Of a DNA stretch of 64,000 nucleotides, positions 13,141 through 27,335 are shown piece by piece; positions within the stretch are counted from its first letter, which is position 1, and each line of letters starts with the position of its first letter. The notes below the pieces were generated by a model, which was not told the DNA's origin, made no database searches, and saw nothing but the letters and a program-made list of their open reading frames with translations. Both the position numbers and the translations under genes were made by a program. This DNA is from Eledone cirrhosa (lineage: Eukaryota), in assembly GCA_964016885.1 (NCBI GenBank), contig OZ024745.1, positions 124,310,001-124,374,000 on the forward strand, given 5' to 3'.

Positions 13141-13609
13141 GTATAATGGAAGTAAGATGATGATAATGATGATAGTGATAATGGTTATGATTATGACTTA
13201 CTTAAAAAGCTCAAAACCTTCAAAATATCATGACTAACAAAGAAAGGAACCAAAATGTACAAAGTTTCATAGAATTGAACTATAATATTAAACAGTTTGG
13301 TTTTGCTTTCCCAGCTTGGTTCTTTATGGAATGGTCCACATCAGTCACAATTTATGTCTCAACTAACTGCTATTTAAATATCCTCATCAAATTGAACCCA
13401 TTTGTGCCTGCCAGTTTGTTTAAATGTTTAAATCTTTCATAGAACATTTTTACAGGGGAGTCAATAATATATATTCTTTATAGAGTTTTGTAGCTTGTTT
13501 GAAGCATTGTTGAATAGGAAGCACAAATTTAAATTTTAAAAACCAAAACAATGCGTATGAAGAATGTTAAATTGCCAAGATAACAAAAGAATCTCACGTC
13601 AGCAAATTT

Positions 13610-15780
13610 AACGATAGTTAAATTTGTGTTTTATATTCTCTATAGTTTCTTTATTCAGTATCTAAAGAGGTGAAATGAATCTTTTTAGTGAAGCATCTCT
13701 CACACAACATTTACCAAATTTGGTTATATTGATTAAGTTGATACATGAATTTAATGCCTTGATAAATTCTTGGTTGATTGATCCATATCCAAATTGTGCT
13801 TATTGAGAGACCTTTTGGTTCTATTCTACACATGAGGTCTTTGAAAACATCCTAAACACCATCAGTTGAAGGGTACTATAGAACAATATGATGCTCCAAA
13901 TTTGGCTATCCTCTACATTTTGAATACAAAACACTGATGCATTGTTGGTAGCATTGATAGTCTAGAAATTTCATGAAGTAATTTAAAATCCTGGACGAAA
14001 ATCTGCTAAAAAAGATCTTCATTTGCTCTCTCTACTAATACATTATATAATTGTTTCTACTTTTGGCACAAGGCCAACAAATATCCAGTGTATTACTGGT
14101 ACTTTATTTTATCGATCCCGTAAGGATGAAAGGCAAAGTTAACCTCGGCGGGATTTGAACTCAGATCACTAATACATTATATAATGATATCATTGGAGTC
14201 ACTTCTAGAATTCTATTCCATAGTTATGAGTGCATTGAAAACGTAGAAGTACTCAAGATGTCAGCCATTTTTTCTTGGCTTTCTCTTGTCCAAGTAAGAA
14301 TTAACTCTGCTTAGTTTACTAAATGTTTCCTCTCACACATACGACTACACCCAATCTCCATGCAGATACTACAATCTCAATATATTTTATATTTATATTT
14401 GTAATTCCAAGACTATTTGTAAGGTTATTGAAAGTAGATAGGCTTCTCCATGTTTACCAGGGTGGTTTTCTGTCTATTTGCATGTCAGGTTAAAAATAAA
14501 ACTCCCATCAGCTTCATTGCATGTCAACTTCAGAATAAAACGTTGATCGTCTTTATTCCTAGAACTCTACAGAATTTCCTTGGTTAATAATATTTTACTA
14601 TATTTTCATAGTCTTCTAATTTAGCAGCCATACTTGTCTGATGATTATGTAACAATGATGGTACTATCCTCTACATAAATAATCCCTGTGCTCAGTGATT
14701 CAACACAAATGAGATCTCATTTATCAATTTCATTGAATGTGGTTATAGCTCTAACATCAGAAAATATAAAAGTTCAGAGTTGACAGATTTGACAAAATGA
14801 TTTCTCAGTTTTAAATAGATTTCAGAAGCCATTCAATAGAATCACAGAACATGATCTTTTACACAGTATTGAAATCCATTATCGGAAAGATTATTGATCT
14901 CCGATGCAACAAGAAATGCAAAGAGATGTGTATGATCCAACCAATAGAATGGTTTTGACCAATGTAATTGATTAATTTCCATGTTTTAATCGAAACTATG
15001 ACATGCTGTTTTATCTGGAAATCATACTATATGCTTCTGCTAGTAATATGTATATGTTTGTGTTAGATACAGAAATGTACTTGGTGTTATTTAAGTCAAT
15101 ATTTGGTAATCGTACTTACTTGAAATATTCAATTATCATCCTTTTGCATGCATACTTTAACAACAATGTGATCACTCATTTCCATCAGTGAGTTCTGGTC
15201 TACTAATTTATATGATTGGAGTAAATAATTCTATTTATGTTTATATATTTCAGAGAGAAATTCATTAATCCTTTTTTTTCATCTTTGAAAGTGAATCTCC
15301 AGATCTCTCTGTTCCATATTCCCATCAAAACCTGTTGTAGGTAGCTTAGATGTGTCTCACAAAGTTTAGCTCAATATATATGTAAATTCATCTGGGAAAC
15401 ATCTTTGACCAAGTGTGACAAACCTTTTAGTGTGAGTGTGCCGATGTTGGTAATAATCTTCTAAAAACTTTCTTTAAGTAACTAATGGAATATTTGGGCA
15501 GCAAATTATCATTTTTATGATATTTTGAAAATTATTTTATGGAAAAATAGAACAAATGTTTGGAAACATTCTTTAGGAATTCTGTCTAGACAATCAACAT
15601 TTTTTGAATTCTTTAACTTGTAATATTCTGTCATGATTAAGCAGAAAATATCTAAAACCGGCTTCATTAATGCAAATGTTTATATCTTTACTAGTAAACA
15701 GATCATTGGGGATTTTTACAGTAAACTAAAAACTCAAATTCTTAATGTGATGTGGTTATAGTGTTGCTTTCTACTTTTCA
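13610..15780 (-). pseudogene. Possible fossil long intronless ORF (~700 codons) of unknown identity
   Basis: Hand translation with a few frameshifts: FTVKIPNDLFTSKDINICINEAGFRYFLLNHDRILQVKEF...MEINQLHWSKPFYWLDHTHLFAFLVASEINNLSDNGFQYCVKDHVL...WNRILEVTPMISLYNVLVERANEDLF (this last part is restored by removing the SINE and one TSD). Confidence 0.45.
14048..14167 (-). mobile_element. SINE family A, 5'-truncated, with 18-bp TSD
   Basis: actaatacattatataat on both sides. Confidence 0.92.
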
Positions 15781-15785
15781 AGAAT

Positions 15786-16295
15786 ATCTTGCTAATGTGG
15801 TTTCATGTGTTACAAGCTAATAAGAGTTAAACGGGCCACATATTTCATCAAAATGTTTGTCTCAATTCATAATGTTTATGATGTGTTTAAATTTTAATAA
15901 ATACCTATATACATATGTTTGGATATTATGATAATACAGAAATAATATCCAAACATATGTATATAGGTATTTATTAAAATTTAAACACATCATAAACATT
16001 ATGAATTGAGACAAACATTTTGATGAAATATGTGGCCCATTTAACTCACATATTTCATCAAAATGTTTGTCTCAATTCATAATGTTTATGATGTGTTTAA
16101 ATTTTAATAAATACTTATATACATATGTTTGGATATTATTTCTGTATTATCATAATATCCAAACATATGTATATAGGTATTTATTAAAATTTAAACACAT
16201 CATAAACATTATGAATTGAGACAAACATTTTAATGAAATATGTGGCCCGTTTAACTCTTATTAGCTTGTAACACATGAAACCACATTAGCAAGAT
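15786..16295. repeat. Nested ~510-bp fold-back (four-arm palindrome) of local DNA
   Basis: A ~100-bp segment occurs four times in alternating orientation. The outer arms are near-perfect reverse complements. Confidence 0.95.
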
Positions 16296-16306
16296 AATAC
16301 AGAAAA

Positions 16307-16495
16307 GGGTATGGATTGGCAGTATCGGTAGAGGGTCGGACGCCATGCTTTCCAGCATAGTTACGTCCCTTTACGATCTGAGTTCAAATCCCGCCGAGGT
16401 TGACTTTGCCTTTCATCCTTACGGGGTCGATAAAATAAAGTACCAGTAGTGCACTGGGTAATTTGCTGGCCTTGTGCCTAACGTAGAAACAATTA
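16307..16495 (+). mobile_element. SINE family A
   Basis: Full length, TSD gataatacagaaaa. Confidence 0.93.
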
Positions 16496-16535
16496 TGATA
16501 ATACAGAAAACAACAGCTTGTATTTTAATACTTTA

Positions 16536-16566
<31 letters not shown>

Positions 16567-16567
<1 letters not shown>

Positions 16568-16790
16568 GAGCAGTGGATTAGCAGAATTGTTAGAGTGTCG
16601 TAGAAAATGCTTTGCACATTATATTCTGGCCCTTTATGTTCTGAGTTTGAATCCCCCCAAGGTCTACTTTGCCTTTCATCCTTTCGGATTTGATAAAATA
16701 AAGTACCAGTTATATACCGGGGTTGATTTAATGACTGGCCCTCCCCCAACTTGCTGGCTTTGTGCCTATAATTGAAATCGTTATTATTAT
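16567..16790 (+). mobile_element. SINE, family-A-related subfamily
   Basis: Diverged head and core, located in (TTA)n. Confidence 0.85.
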
Positions 16791-18195
16791 TATAATTTAT
16801 TATTACTATTATTTATTCAGAATCAAACTACAGGAAATTAAATTGTATTGGTAAATTATGTCATGGCTTTCATGTAGTAAGTTATGGCCCTGATGTCCTC
16901 CAAATGCTAATTGTAGGATCTAAGACTGACAATTCCCTCACATGTAAATAAAGGTATTTAGGCATTCTTTTTGTAGTTACTGCCATGTGGACCTACTTGA
17001 TTTAAATAAGTAACTTTGGCTATAATGCTTCTTGAGAGTGAAACTCCATTAGAATATTTATTATAACAATTGTATAAATAAATGTACTAAGTTGGTCACA
17101 GTTTTAAAAGTATTTATGTTAGTTACTTCATCTATATAAGTCTAAAAGAATAAAACAAAAATGAAAATATTTGTTTAGTTTGTACATAATATCAGTAGTG
17201 ATATCTTATTAACTCCACTAAACTATAAAGTACTAGATAAGAAAGCCCTATTAAACAATGCCCTCAAAATCCCTGAGTACATAAGTGGGTTGACTAATTA
17301 GGGAGTCACTTTTCAGCAATTTCGTTGATGTAGTATTAATCACAGGCAATACCAGTAAACTGAGAGATCAAAGTGATACACATATATATGCCTTGTCTAG
17401 ATGGTTACTTGTTACTAATAAACATTTTTATTTCCTTTTTGTTTCTTTTGAAGTTGTGTATTACTAAACCTATGTATCTACTCCAGAGGTGACAGCTGAT
17501 AAATTAAGGATTGCTGAGTTTTTGTCCTGAATAACAAAAATTTATATCTACCATATAATCAATAAAATTCTCTCAGCTCTCAGTTGTAACTTTACCTATA
17601 TGCCATGGATATGACTCTTCTGTCCACATCATACTCCTAATCTTTCAGAGATGTTATGTAATAGAAACATATCTATGTATCTCTATTACTCTATTTAACT
17701 AAATAGTAAATATAACCCTACACCTTTATTTTACTTACTTTATGTTAAAATATACAACACTCATGCTTGACAAACGATTTTTGTTCTAATGCTGCTTTCA
17801 CTACCTTTACATTTCATTTATTTGCTGCTTACTTAAACTTGAACAACTTTTCTAGTTTCAGTAACATGTCTCACATCACAATATTTAAAATCATTTAAGT
17901 GTCAATCAGTCACTTAATTTTCATTATTAAAGTTATCACTATCAATGATTACACACAAAATTTCACATATTTTGTTTTTAATTATGATGACCATCTGGTT
18001 TCTTCTAAAAAGATTCTCCACCAAGACTGGTACATTAAGTTCTTAATAGCACTAATATGTTAGTGTCAGAAATCATTATGACTTAACATGAAAACTTGTG
18101 ATAGGATGTTAAGATGTAAGATTTCCTTTTACATTGTGTTCATGACTTATAAAATCATTATATTTGTGTTCATAAGAGATACTACTACCAGTAAA

Positions 18196-18383
18196 ATAAT
18201 TGTTTCTACTTTTGGCACAAGACCAGCAATTACCCAGTACATTACTGGTACTTTATTTTATCGACTCCATAAAGATGAAAGGCAAAGTTAACCTCGGCAG
18301 GATTTGAACTCAGTCTGTAAAGGGACATAACTGTGCTGCAAAGCATGGCGTCCGACCCTCTACTGATACTGCCAATCCACCAC
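18196..18383 (-). mobile_element. SINE family A
   Basis: Full length, TSD cagtaaaataat. Confidence 0.92.
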
Positions 18384-18744
18384 TATCAGTAAAATAATAA
18401 TGACTTCTAACATTAGCACAAGGTAGTTAGTGTGTGGAGATGAGCATAATAGAATAAATAGACTATTGTTATTTTATTGGTAATTATTTTAATAACCACA
18501 AATAGACAAAAGGTAATGTAAGCCTTGGAGGTACAAAATTATTAATAAGGATTTCTTTCAAAGGCACAAGGCCATATATTTTGGGAAATATTTTTAATGG
18601 CCTTGTAATAGAATTAAGAGCAGTACACATAATACTTACATCACTTATGATACTGGTGCAAATAAAGGAGAAAAACCATGTATCATCAGATAGTGTCAGA
18701 TTCCCAGTAACTCCACCACCCATACCTCACTCATAAGGGCTAAA

Positions 18745-19850
18745 TTAACCCAAGGTTATGGTAGAACATCCAGGCCTTGTTTTATCAAAATTCGTAGGCC
18801 AGAGATTAGGCATCTTGAGAAGTTGGTTCATGCCATCCAACAGTGCCACTTGCTGGTGGACGAACATGGGCTTCCAGATGGACAAAAACTGGGATGAAGT
18901 AATGAACAAGCTGGCCATTTTCACCCAGAAATCCTTGAAAAATGTTTCATCTGCTGTCAACACTTGTAGAGGATTGGGCGTGCCATGGTTAATGATGCAT
19001 AAATATACGTTGAGACTACATCCTCTCCCTTTTTTCCTTGGTGTAGTTGCCATTTTCCAGGTGCATGTTTTCCTAGCTCATCTTTTGATTGAGATGCAGT
19101 ACTGTGTCAAGCAAAGACTAAAAGGGATTGTATGGAAAACAGAATGCCTTCAAGTGCTCACAGCCCTCTACCAGTCAAACACTGTAATCAGTGGAAAATC
19201 CACCTTAGCATTCTATAGAAGATTGATAGTAGAGAAAAGCGATGACGTTTTCAGTGGGTACCTGGGTATTGAATATGATCAATTATTCACTCTCTTTTGG
19301 AGAACTTTCAACCCAGGGCCAATTGATAACTTCCAGAAATCTCTAGCCTAGCTGTGCTACCAGGGATCTTTGCCAGTTTAAGATAAACTCTATAAGCATG
19401 GCAGTGGTGTCGGGTGTGCATGTCTGAGACGTGCACAGGGCAATGAAACCACCCTATACACACTTGTTCAGTGCCCGAGTGTTGCTGAACCATGGGTTTA
19501 TGCCAAATCTGCTGTCACATGTAGGACAGATTGCCCTGTCACCTTCCTTTAACCGAGAAGCGCAGGCAGTTTCTATATGCCTGATGGTCCTGGCAAGAGA
19601 GGTTGCATTATGGACATGATTAAAGATCTGCAGACAAACACGTTCCTTTTTCTTGAGGAAGATTCTGTTTTGAATTTGATGTATTTCTTGAGAAAAACAA
19701 TATTTCATGACTATTTTTTATTAACTTTCCATTATTTTTCATTAGATATTTTTGTAGCCCTACAGTGGTTATTTCATAATAATTTTCTATTTACATAAGC
19801 CCCTTTCTCTCTATATCCACAGTAGGTATTATCTTCCTACATCTGATATT
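18745..19850 (+). mobile_element. Old Tx1-like LINE 3' fragment
   Basis: QMDKNWDEV, GLGVPWLMMHK and PGPIDNFQKSLA match the ORF2 C-terminal region of the 6.2 and 22.6 kb copies. Confidence 0.88.
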
Positions 19851-19854
19851 GTAT

Positions 19855-20100
19855 AGTATTTTCATTATTTACTTGTTTTTCTGTTAAGTTTTGCTAGCTC
19901 CTTTAGTATCCAGTTCAGAATATTAAAACTGTAGCTTAATACTGGGATCACTACAGTATTGAAGCCTATTACCTTATTCTTTACATTTAGTTTGGCCATC
20001 TACAATATTCCATTCTAATCTTTTCTTTCATGTGTGTATGTGGAACCTTGCCTAGTTCATTGATAGTATTTGTATGTCAGTATCTGAACAAATTATCTTA
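19855..20100 (-). mobile_element. R4/Dong-like RT-thumb fragment
   Basis: NKVIGFNTVVIPVLSYSFNILNWILKELAKL resembles the NK..AINT.AVPVL.YSFG...W motif. Confidence 0.55.
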
Positions 20101-20279
20101 TCTCTCTTTCTATATCTGGTGTAATAGCATTTTTACTAAATTTCTTCTCTTCAAAGTTGTTTTGGTGCATTTTTCTAGTGCAAATTTCATGTCTACTTTT
20201 TGAGTGTGAATTCATGTATTGTGTCTGTTTTTCAACTGGCTTCATTTTTTTTGCATGTATTTTCAAAGTCAACAAAGGT

Positions 20280-20550
20280 TTATATATAAGACAGAGGTCA
20301 ACAGAGCAATTAAACAGCTAAAATGTGTGTGTGTATGTGGAGTGGGGGTGTTGGTGAAATACAGTCTGAGATGTTAAAAGCCTAAAATAAAGAAAGTATT
20401 CTCTGGCTGACTATTTTGTGCCAGGTGGTCCGGCACTCAGGAAAGGTACCTAACCAATGGCAATCAGGTGTAATAATCTCAATAATAAAAAAAGGTGATA
20501 AGAGAGATTGCTCCAATTATAGAGGGATCTCCTTGGTAAGCCTCCTTGGT
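20280..20550 (+). mobile_element. RTE-like RT N-terminal fragment
   Basis: [37 protein letters not shown]. Confidence 0.85.
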
Positions 20551-20574
20551 ATGTTTGTATGTATGTATGTATAT

Positions 20575-20965
20575 GGACAAGGGCGGAGGAACTCAGCAGA
20601 GTCAACGGCCATCCAAATAGTACTTTTCTTTGTATTTCTTTTTCACATGGAAGTGAAAGGCCCCCAGTTGTTGTCACAACACCTTTCTAAGAGAAGGAAA
20701 CCCTGAAAAAAAAAAACCTACGGCTTCAGAAGCATCCAATGATGTTGACCGGTTCACCTTTTCAGGTAGTGTTTTCAATGCTCACAGAGTGGGATGGGTC
20801 GAGTGCAAGGCCTTTTCCCACTTAAAAAAAAACTTCAAAGTACAGGCATTGCTTGTTCAGGATCTGTTACAGGCTCGTGTGGCTGCCCATAGCCTATTAA
20901 GTGCACCATTTTCTGTAATTTGACAAGCGATTGCAATACTCTTAGCAGAGTTTGCAGCCATCATG
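20575..20965 (+). mobile_element. Non-coding repeat family B ((TATG)n-flanked), 5'-truncated
   Basis: agagtcaacggccatccaaa...tccaatgatgttgac...gagtggga...aaaaacttc...gcagccatcatgtatg, homologous to 46158-46752 and 26800-27335. Confidence 0.8.
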
Positions 20966-21571
20966 TATGTATTATATATAACCCATGCTAGCGTGGAAAA
21001 TGGACGTTAAACAAAGATGATGATGATGATGATGATATAAACAAATTCCATATATATAGCTGCTTTCTAACTGGCACTGTGATCAAAGCTATAACTACCA
21101 AATATGTAACAGTCTCTGTCATATATAAAAAATCAAATCACTTTTTTAGGCATCCTTAAGGCTGTACTCTATACTGTATATTGCTCTATACTTTTCAGGG
21201 GTTACAATAAGCTGTATGCTGATTTAAACACGTCAGTTTTTCCCTCTCTCTCCATATAAGCTACCTATTCTCTGCCACAAATATGATTATGAGTAAAGAG
21301 CCATTACATGTACCAATATCTCTAAAAATGTTTTTGTGTTCTGGCTTCCCATATATTATGACTTGAGCCTATGTGCTATACACCAACTCATCCTGTCACC
21401 TTACTTTATTCATGATTATAAAGTCCAGACCTATGCTTCTTTATGCTGGCCACCAAACATCAAAAAGAGCTCCTTTTAATTGTTCTTTTGTATGTTTGTG
21501 GATGTCCCATTATTTTTAACAAGATAAAAGTATGTTATTCTCACATTTTGAGTTTTTAGTTACATTCTGAA

Positions 21572-22003
21572 GGCACATGGCTTAGTGGTTAGAGCATTGG
21601 GCTTGCAATCGAAAGGTTGTGCGTTCAATTCTCAGACCAGGTGATGTGTTGTTTCCTTGAGCAAGACACTTTATTTCACATTGCTCCAGTTTACTCAGCT
21701 GTAGAAATGAGATGATAGGACTGGGGTCCCTATCATTCCACTGCAAAGTGGTCGTGGAGGTGCCACGGCAAAAAAAAACACCCAGCCTACACTGTAAAGT
21801 GGATGTGTAGGCGCCACGGAAAAAAAAGCACCCAGCACTCACTGTAAATGAGGTTGGCCTTAGGAAGGGCATCAAGCCAGAATCAGTTCCCATATGAGCA
21901 AGACAAGGTCAGCCGACCAGACACTGCCCACAACAGGACAATCCGTCTAACCCACGCTAGCGTGGAAGAACGGACGTAAAACAGTGATGATGATGATGAT
22001 GAT
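21572..22003 (+). mobile_element. tRNA-head, CORE-like SINE with an RTE-derived 3' tail
   Basis: tggcttagtggttagagc (A box), gcgttcaattc (B box), ttccttgagcaagacactt (CORE-like), then aggaagggcatc...acggacgtaaaac(GAT)n shared with the RTE 3'UTR. Confidence 0.85.
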
Positions 22004-22611
22004 TCTGATCACAAGATGGCACTTTCAACAAGACATATATAATGATTAAAATATGAACAGTGATGGACAAATGAAAGTTATATAAATTTGTCAGAAGTGT
22101 TACAGACATTATACATTATATATGGACATGTTACACATTTCATATGAATTAAATATACATTTCTAATGACAGAATTGGTAACAACAGCAATAGCAACAAA
22201 TACAATGTTTTACTACTAGGAAACAAAATGTCTAATATTTGTGTTTTATCAGCAAATATTGTTTACATTTTTTTGTTTGTGTTTTGTTTTTATATATGTG
22301 TTTTTTTTTTTTTTGTTTAATGTTTGTAAAACATTTCTTGTGGGTCAAAATATTTTTGTGAGTAGTTCTGGCTTGATAAAACAATTTTTTTTTTTTTGTT
22401 TATGAATATATAAAGAAGTTTTCTTCTTTAGATAATAGTCTTTTACTTCAAGCAGGGAAAATGATAGCAAATAATTAATTAATTACCTTTCTATCTGAAC
22501 ATTCACATTAATTAAAATATATTTTCCACTTCATTTCACTTGAAAATTCCACATACTTGAAGAGAAAAACATAACATATCTGACTGGAATAATAATAATA
22601 ATAATAATAAT

Positions 22612-25600
22612 AATGCTTTCTTTATTAACCACAAGGGTTTACATAAAGTAGACATTAAGGACAGTACAGGGCGGTACAAATGGGCATTTCTGCATGTAAA
22701 AAACAAAAAAACAACAATGAAAAATTCCCCAATAGGGGGAGACTTCCGAGGGACATTCGTGGAGAAAGCCCATTAAAAAGGCACAGTGACCCTGACCACC
22801 AGGGCAAGTGCCCTCTCCCAGTTTTCCACCTTTAATTTACAGACACATACTCAGAGTAGGCCCATTCACTCGGGCCATACTTGCTTCTCTCACCCATCTT
22901 TCAACAAAATACTGGAGAGAGAGCACTTCCCTCTCTACCCTGATATTCCTTTTCAAATGAAATTTGAAAAAGTTAATCAGGGCATTACTGAATAGGTAAG
23001 TGCTCGTCTTCAGCCCTTTCAAACGTGTCCACCATACTATCTCTTTCACCATGGCCACCAGACAGATAAAAATTGCCTGCCTTTCTTGGCTAAAGGAAGA
23101 GGGTGGGGCAATCCTCACGATGGACTCAGCTGATAGCTGGATCCGTCCTACACAAGTCAGAAATGCTCGGACACTGGGCGAGTGCGTCCAGGACGGTTTC
23201 ATCACCCTGCACGCATCTCGGACATGCCCGGCTGACGGCACCTCCATGCTTGTAGAGTTTATCCCGAACTGGCAAAGCTCCTTGGTAGCACTACCAGGCC
23301 AGGGATTTCTGGAAGTTGTCCATAGGCCCCGGACCGAAAGTTCTTCCGAAGAGATTGGCTAGTTGATTTTTGTTGACGCCTAGTACGTCGTCGCTCTTCC
23401 CCTCCACTAATCCTCTATAGAACGCCAAGGTGAAGTTTCCACCGATCACATTGCCCGATTGGTCGAGGGCTGTGAGCGCCTGAAGACATTCCAGTCTCCA
23501 AGCGCTCCCTCTTGGTCTTCGCTTGACCCAGGACTGCAGCTCCATCAAGGAGACGAGCTGGGGGAAGACGTGTCTAGCAAACGGCGACCATACCTCCATC
23601 TCTTCCTCGACGGTGATCAGGTGTTGTAGCCTGAGCGCGTGTCTGCGCATCATCAGCCACGGCATGCAGAACCCTCCACGTAGTGGGTGTTGACAGCAGA
23701 TGGACTGCCTGATCATCGGAGCATGTCCCTTCCACAAAAAGCAAAAGAGCCAATGCTCCAGCACAGTCAGGCGAGGCTTAGGACAAGGTACGACGGTCAG
23801 GCGGTAGTAGATGACGGACGCGATGTACGCATTAGCCACCTCCGCTCGACCTTTCAGGGATAGCTTCTTCTCTGCCCATTTCTGGGTGAGAGAAGCCACC
23901 CTGCTTGTCACCTCGTCCCAATTTTTGTCCGTCTGGAGGTCCGGACCGAACCAGACCCCTAGCAATTTAATCGATCCGTCCATCCAGCGCCTGACGACGC
24001 TGTTGGACAGCATGGACCTGCCTCTCCAGGTGCCGAGCTGCAGGCCAATTGACTTTTCCTGGTTGATCATTGCTCCTGTCACCGCATCATTTTCTCTTAG
24101 TGTAGTGCCGATCGGCTCGATGTGTTTGGCGTTCGACACCACTACGCTGACATCGTCCGCATATGCTGACACGGATCTTCCACATCCTAGTTCGCGCGGG
24201 ACGCCCCTCAACGTCTCCAGTTTGTGCAGTAATGGCTCGAAAGTCAATACGTACAAGAGGGACGAGAGGGGATATCCTTGGCGGACCGAGCACATGATGT
24301 TGAACGGTTCCGAAAGGTGACCGTTTACTCTCACCACAGAGCAGATGTCGCTGTGCATGGCAGCGACCCAGCCTCTGAAGACGGGCCCAAAGCCAGCCGC
24401 CTTCAGGACTGCCACTAGGTAATGATGGTCGACCCTATCGAAAGCTTTCGACTGATATAAAATGATCAAGGACCCACCCGTGCCAGGTTCCCTAGCTACC
24501 CTCTCCACGATGTATCGCATGAGGTGGCGGTTGTCGTGGATGGATCTGCCGGGAATGGCGCATGTCTGCGCCTCTCCCACCAGACCACCAATGACAAGTA
24601 CCAACCTGTTTGCTAGCACCTTGGCCAAAATCTTGAACTCTGTGTTTAGCAGTTATGGGTCTGAAATTATCTATGTTATCCCCCTTGTTCGGATCCTTTC
24701 TCAGCAGCGCCACCGCTCCTCGGCTCACAGAGCTAGGAATTCTCCCGTTCTGTTGCCAGTTGCAGTAGACGTCCGCCAAGAGGCCTCCGAACAATTCTGG
24801 CATCTGTACGCAAAGTTCATAGAGCAGACCATCCAAACCAGGCGATTTACCTCTTGTGCACCCAGTCATTGGCTCCCGTACTTCAGCGGCTGTTATCAGC
24901 TTTTCGCAACACTCCGCCTCAGTGGTCGAGAGCCGCGGCAGTCCGTCGAGGTAGACACTAAAGTCTATCCCTCGATCAGGCCCGCCGCTGCCCCTGAACA
25001 GCTGAGCGAAGTGTTGCTGAAAAGCTTCACACATTTGCCCAGGATCGAGTAGCATGCGCCCGTCGTGGTCCACCAAAGACCGGATCGTGGCTTTGTGGCC
25101 ACAACGTGCCTCCGCCACTCGGGCCCATTGAACGGCTTTCGTCCCCTCGTGTCTGAGAGCATGCACCCTTGCTCTGACAACGCAGACTTCGTGCTTTGAA
25201 TTGAAGAATTGGTCAAGGGCCAATTTCGCCACAAGTACGTCGGTCGCGATGCCTTTGCTAAGCGCCTCGTCTAATTTTCTAACTAGTTCTCCCCCTGCTC
25301 TATTTTTCTCTATAGCTAAAGCCTTACTAAACCTAATGGACTCTATTCTAATCGCTCTTTTCAGAGCAAACCACCACTTGTTGTTGACGATGGCCCCCGT
25401 CAACGCCCGCTTAACTAGTTCGCTAATCCGGTCTCTATAGGCCTTGCGCGCTGGTAAGGACGCGTTTAGCTTCCAGTAGCCGGGTCCTTGTCTATGAAGC
25501 CTATCTAAGTCAACCACACAGATCAGGAATTTGTGGTCCGTGTTGCTGACTATCTTGAAATGTGGACAGCCTATGTTAGACCTATCTATTTCCCTACAAA

Positions 25601-26300
25601 ATACTCTATCTAGATATCATCTGGATGACCCGATGACCCGAGACTATTTCCTCACTGTTTAGAGTTTCCAAAGAGTGAGACTTCGCCTCTAGTGGGGGGT
25701 GGGGGGTGGGTGGGTGAAAAGTACGTCTACTGTGGGGTATACTTTTTGCCTTGGGTGATGTGGGTTTTGCGCGCCCAGACGCACCCCAAGGCCTTTTGGA
25801 TTTGAGCCTCCGTGGCTCTCTCCACCAGATTCGATATTTTGCTTACGGTGCGGTAAGTTACCGTGTGTAGCTGCTGGTCTTTGAAGAAATCGGGTGGAGG
25901 TTTCAGGTAAACTCTGTTGTCGTTTCTTGTCACCATGGCTCATGCGACTGCCATCTCCTCCTCCGTGACTACCACTGTCTCTATATTTCGGGCCACACCT
26001 GCAAAAGAAGTGGCCCCTTTTTCAGCGGCACCATTGTTTCTGCCGCTACTGCTGCTACTGGTCTTGTTATTGGTCCTGTTGGTGTTGTTGCTGTTATCAC
26101 TGTTGTAGTAGGTTGTGTTTTTGGTGCCACCGTTGTTGTTTTCGGTGCAATTTGTATTGTTGCTGTTGGTGTTGTCGTTGTTTATTTTCTTGCTAGTGGT
26201 GTTAATATCGTTGTTGTCATTTGTTGTCATTTCAGGATTTGGTGGCAGCAATAAGCGACATACTCTTGTAGAGGTCAATTGTTGAGTCCATTTCGGATGA
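22612..26300 (-). mobile_element. Tx1/L1-clade LINE, second copy, internally deleted
   Basis: ORFs 24492-25517 (GPGYWKLNASL, GKSPGLDGL), 23291-24628 (KAFDRVDH, RQGYPLS, AYADD) and 22837-23247. ORF1 start at 25690-26230. (TTA)n at the 3' end. Confidence 0.94.
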
Positions 26301-26454
26301 GGCCATCGAATGATGATGATGATGATACCTACACACACACACACAACACATACACACATAAACACACATTTACCTAGTTGACGTTTATTTAAAATGAAAG
26401 AATCTTGTTTCTATTGGAAACTGCATCTCTCTCCATTGGTGAAAATTTATGAAA

Positions 26455-26646
26455 TAATTACTTCTACTTTTGGCACAAGGCCAGCAATTACCCAGTACGT
26501 TACTGTTACTTTATTTTATCGACCCCATAAGGATGAAAGGCAAAGTTAACCTCGGCGGGATTTGAACTCTGTCAGTAAAGGGACGTAACTCTGTTCTGCA
26601 AAGCATGGCGTCCGACCCTCTACTAATACTGCCAATCCACCGCTCT
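26455..26646 (-). mobile_element. SINE family A
   Basis: Full length, TSD aaattta(t/c)gaaataat. Confidence 0.92.
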
Positions 26647-26799
26647 CAAATTTACGAAATAATAAAGCCAGAACATTCATAGATTTATATATACATGTAT
26701 AAATGTAAACATACATAAAAATATACACTCATACATACATACATACATGCCTACATACATACATATATACATGTCTACATAACTACATGCATATGTACA

Positions 26800-27335
26800 T
26801 GATGGCTGCTCCTCGTTATCGAGTATGGCCATTGCACGATATAACATTATTAAATAATTATTAATTAATTCTATCGTGCAATGCCAGTGCATGAAGATAT
26901 TTTTTAAAGTGAGGAAAGACTGTGCACTGAGCCAATCCCACTCTCTGAGCGACAGTAGCTATAACCCGAAAAGAAGAAAAGATCAACATCATCGGTAACT
27001 ACTGAGCCGCAGGTTTTATGTCGGAGTTATCCCAGTTTCCTGAGTTGCCTTCTCCTAGAAGAATGCCCTGACAAAGGCTAGGGGTCCTTCACTCCCAGTG
27101 GTTTAACCGCGTAGTACATGTGTATATACATATTTACACACTTTCGGATGTCCGTTGACTCTTATGAGTTCTTCTGCCTTTTGTCAGGTTTTGTTTTTTG
27201 TCCTGCAGGGTGTCCAAAATCACCCTCCTCACCAAGTAAACTTGGTGGGGTTGCCGGTTTAGTCGCCGACGATCCGACCATGTGACAGTTTGTATTGGGT
27301 TACATGTTACCAGTAGCACTCAAAAGTGACCTGAC
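26800..27335 (-). mobile_element. Non-coding repeat family B within degenerate (TACA)n
   Basis: Reverse complement of gtcaggtcac...gtgctactggtaacatgta...ggcgactaaac...ttggtgaggagggt (46158 copy). Confidence 0.85.
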
